In this document: positions 63,474-64,000 of the stretch, piece by piece
How positions within the stretch are numbered: the first letter of the stretch is position 1
Layout of the letters: every line of letters starts with the position of its first letter
Assembly (NCBI RefSeq): GCF_037042905.1
Contig: NC_087252.1
Coordinates: 10,294,001-10,358,000, forward strand
DNA: 64,000 bases
Source of the DNA: Lytechinus pictus
Lineage: Eukaryota
Direction: 5' to 3'
Notes under the pieces: model-generated
Database searches by the model: none
What the model saw: the letters and a program-made list of their open reading frames with translations, nothing else
Told to the model about the DNA's origin: nothing
Made by a program: the position numbers and the translations under genes

Positions 63474-63870
63474 TTTTTGTCTCGCCCACCAGAGGTAAAG
63501 GCGAGACTAAAGGGATCCAAATGTCGTCCGTCCGTCACAAACATTATGACACATAACTTTGCAAGTTATTGCAACAATTAGTCACTTTTCAACCTAACTT
63601 GGATTGTAGATGTACTCAGGGGACCTACATGCTATGAAGCAATCGCAGGTCACATAGTACAAGGTCAAAGGTCACTTTCATGTCAACGTTCAAGTTTACG
63701 TGTGGGACTCCTATGACACACAACTCCGCAACCGCAAGTCACTTTTAAACCAAACATGGGTTGTAGATGTACTTAGGAGACCTGCATGTTATGCTGCAGT
63801 CGGAGACCACATAGTTAGGTCAAAGGTCATTTTGAGGTCAACGTTAAAGTTTACATGCAACACTCTCTTT
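63474..63870 (+). mobile_element. Helentron-associated (HINE/DINE-1-like) non-autonomous element, 5' part
   Basis: TTTTT-GTCTCGCC...GGCGAGAC subterminal inverted repeat, short (GTCC)n microsatellite, then ~165-bp tandem units with AGGTCAAAGGTCA. A related 3' end (GGCGAGAC plus short tail) lies at ~31760-32130. Confidence 0.6.
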
Positions 63871-64000
63871 AGCCTATAATATAGGCGGAGGCTGTAGTCA
63901 TTGTCTTTGCTGTTATGCTGAACGCAAGATATACGTCTGATCTGGCGAAGACTACGCATTTGTGGCTGCGTAAAAAGCTTCGCAGCCACAAATGCGTAGT

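Overview
Eukaryotic, AT-rich genomic DNA; the repeat types suggest a marine invertebrate, probably a sea urchin (inference). Most of the window is one + strand gene, an Rh50-family ammonium transporter (RhAG/RhBG/RhCG-like). I traced nine GT-AG coding exons in phase from the ATG at 8867 to 61927 (1314 nt, 438 codons). No convincing terminal exon was found, so it probably lies beyond the window. Introns 1 (19.5 kb) and 2 (27.6 kb) and the upstream region are dense with mobile DNA: a 5-kb Academ-like foldback element built from YY1-motif arrays, a 3.9-kb hAT transposon with a disabled transposase, an apparent 6-bp TSD and an internal inverted copy of its own right end, a TU-like foldback element with 15-bp arrays, many Kolobok-, Harbinger-, CACTA- and hAT-type MITEs, tRNA-derived SINEs, and a 33-bp P-like mini-element. 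The most unusual structure is at 15.6-16.7 kb in intron 1: two different minimal hammerhead-ribozyme motifs on opposite strands, each downstream of one arm of a head-to-head inverted repeat (Penelope/retrozyme-like). Most short ORFs in the supplied track are spurious translations of repeats. All coordinates and alignments were read by eye.
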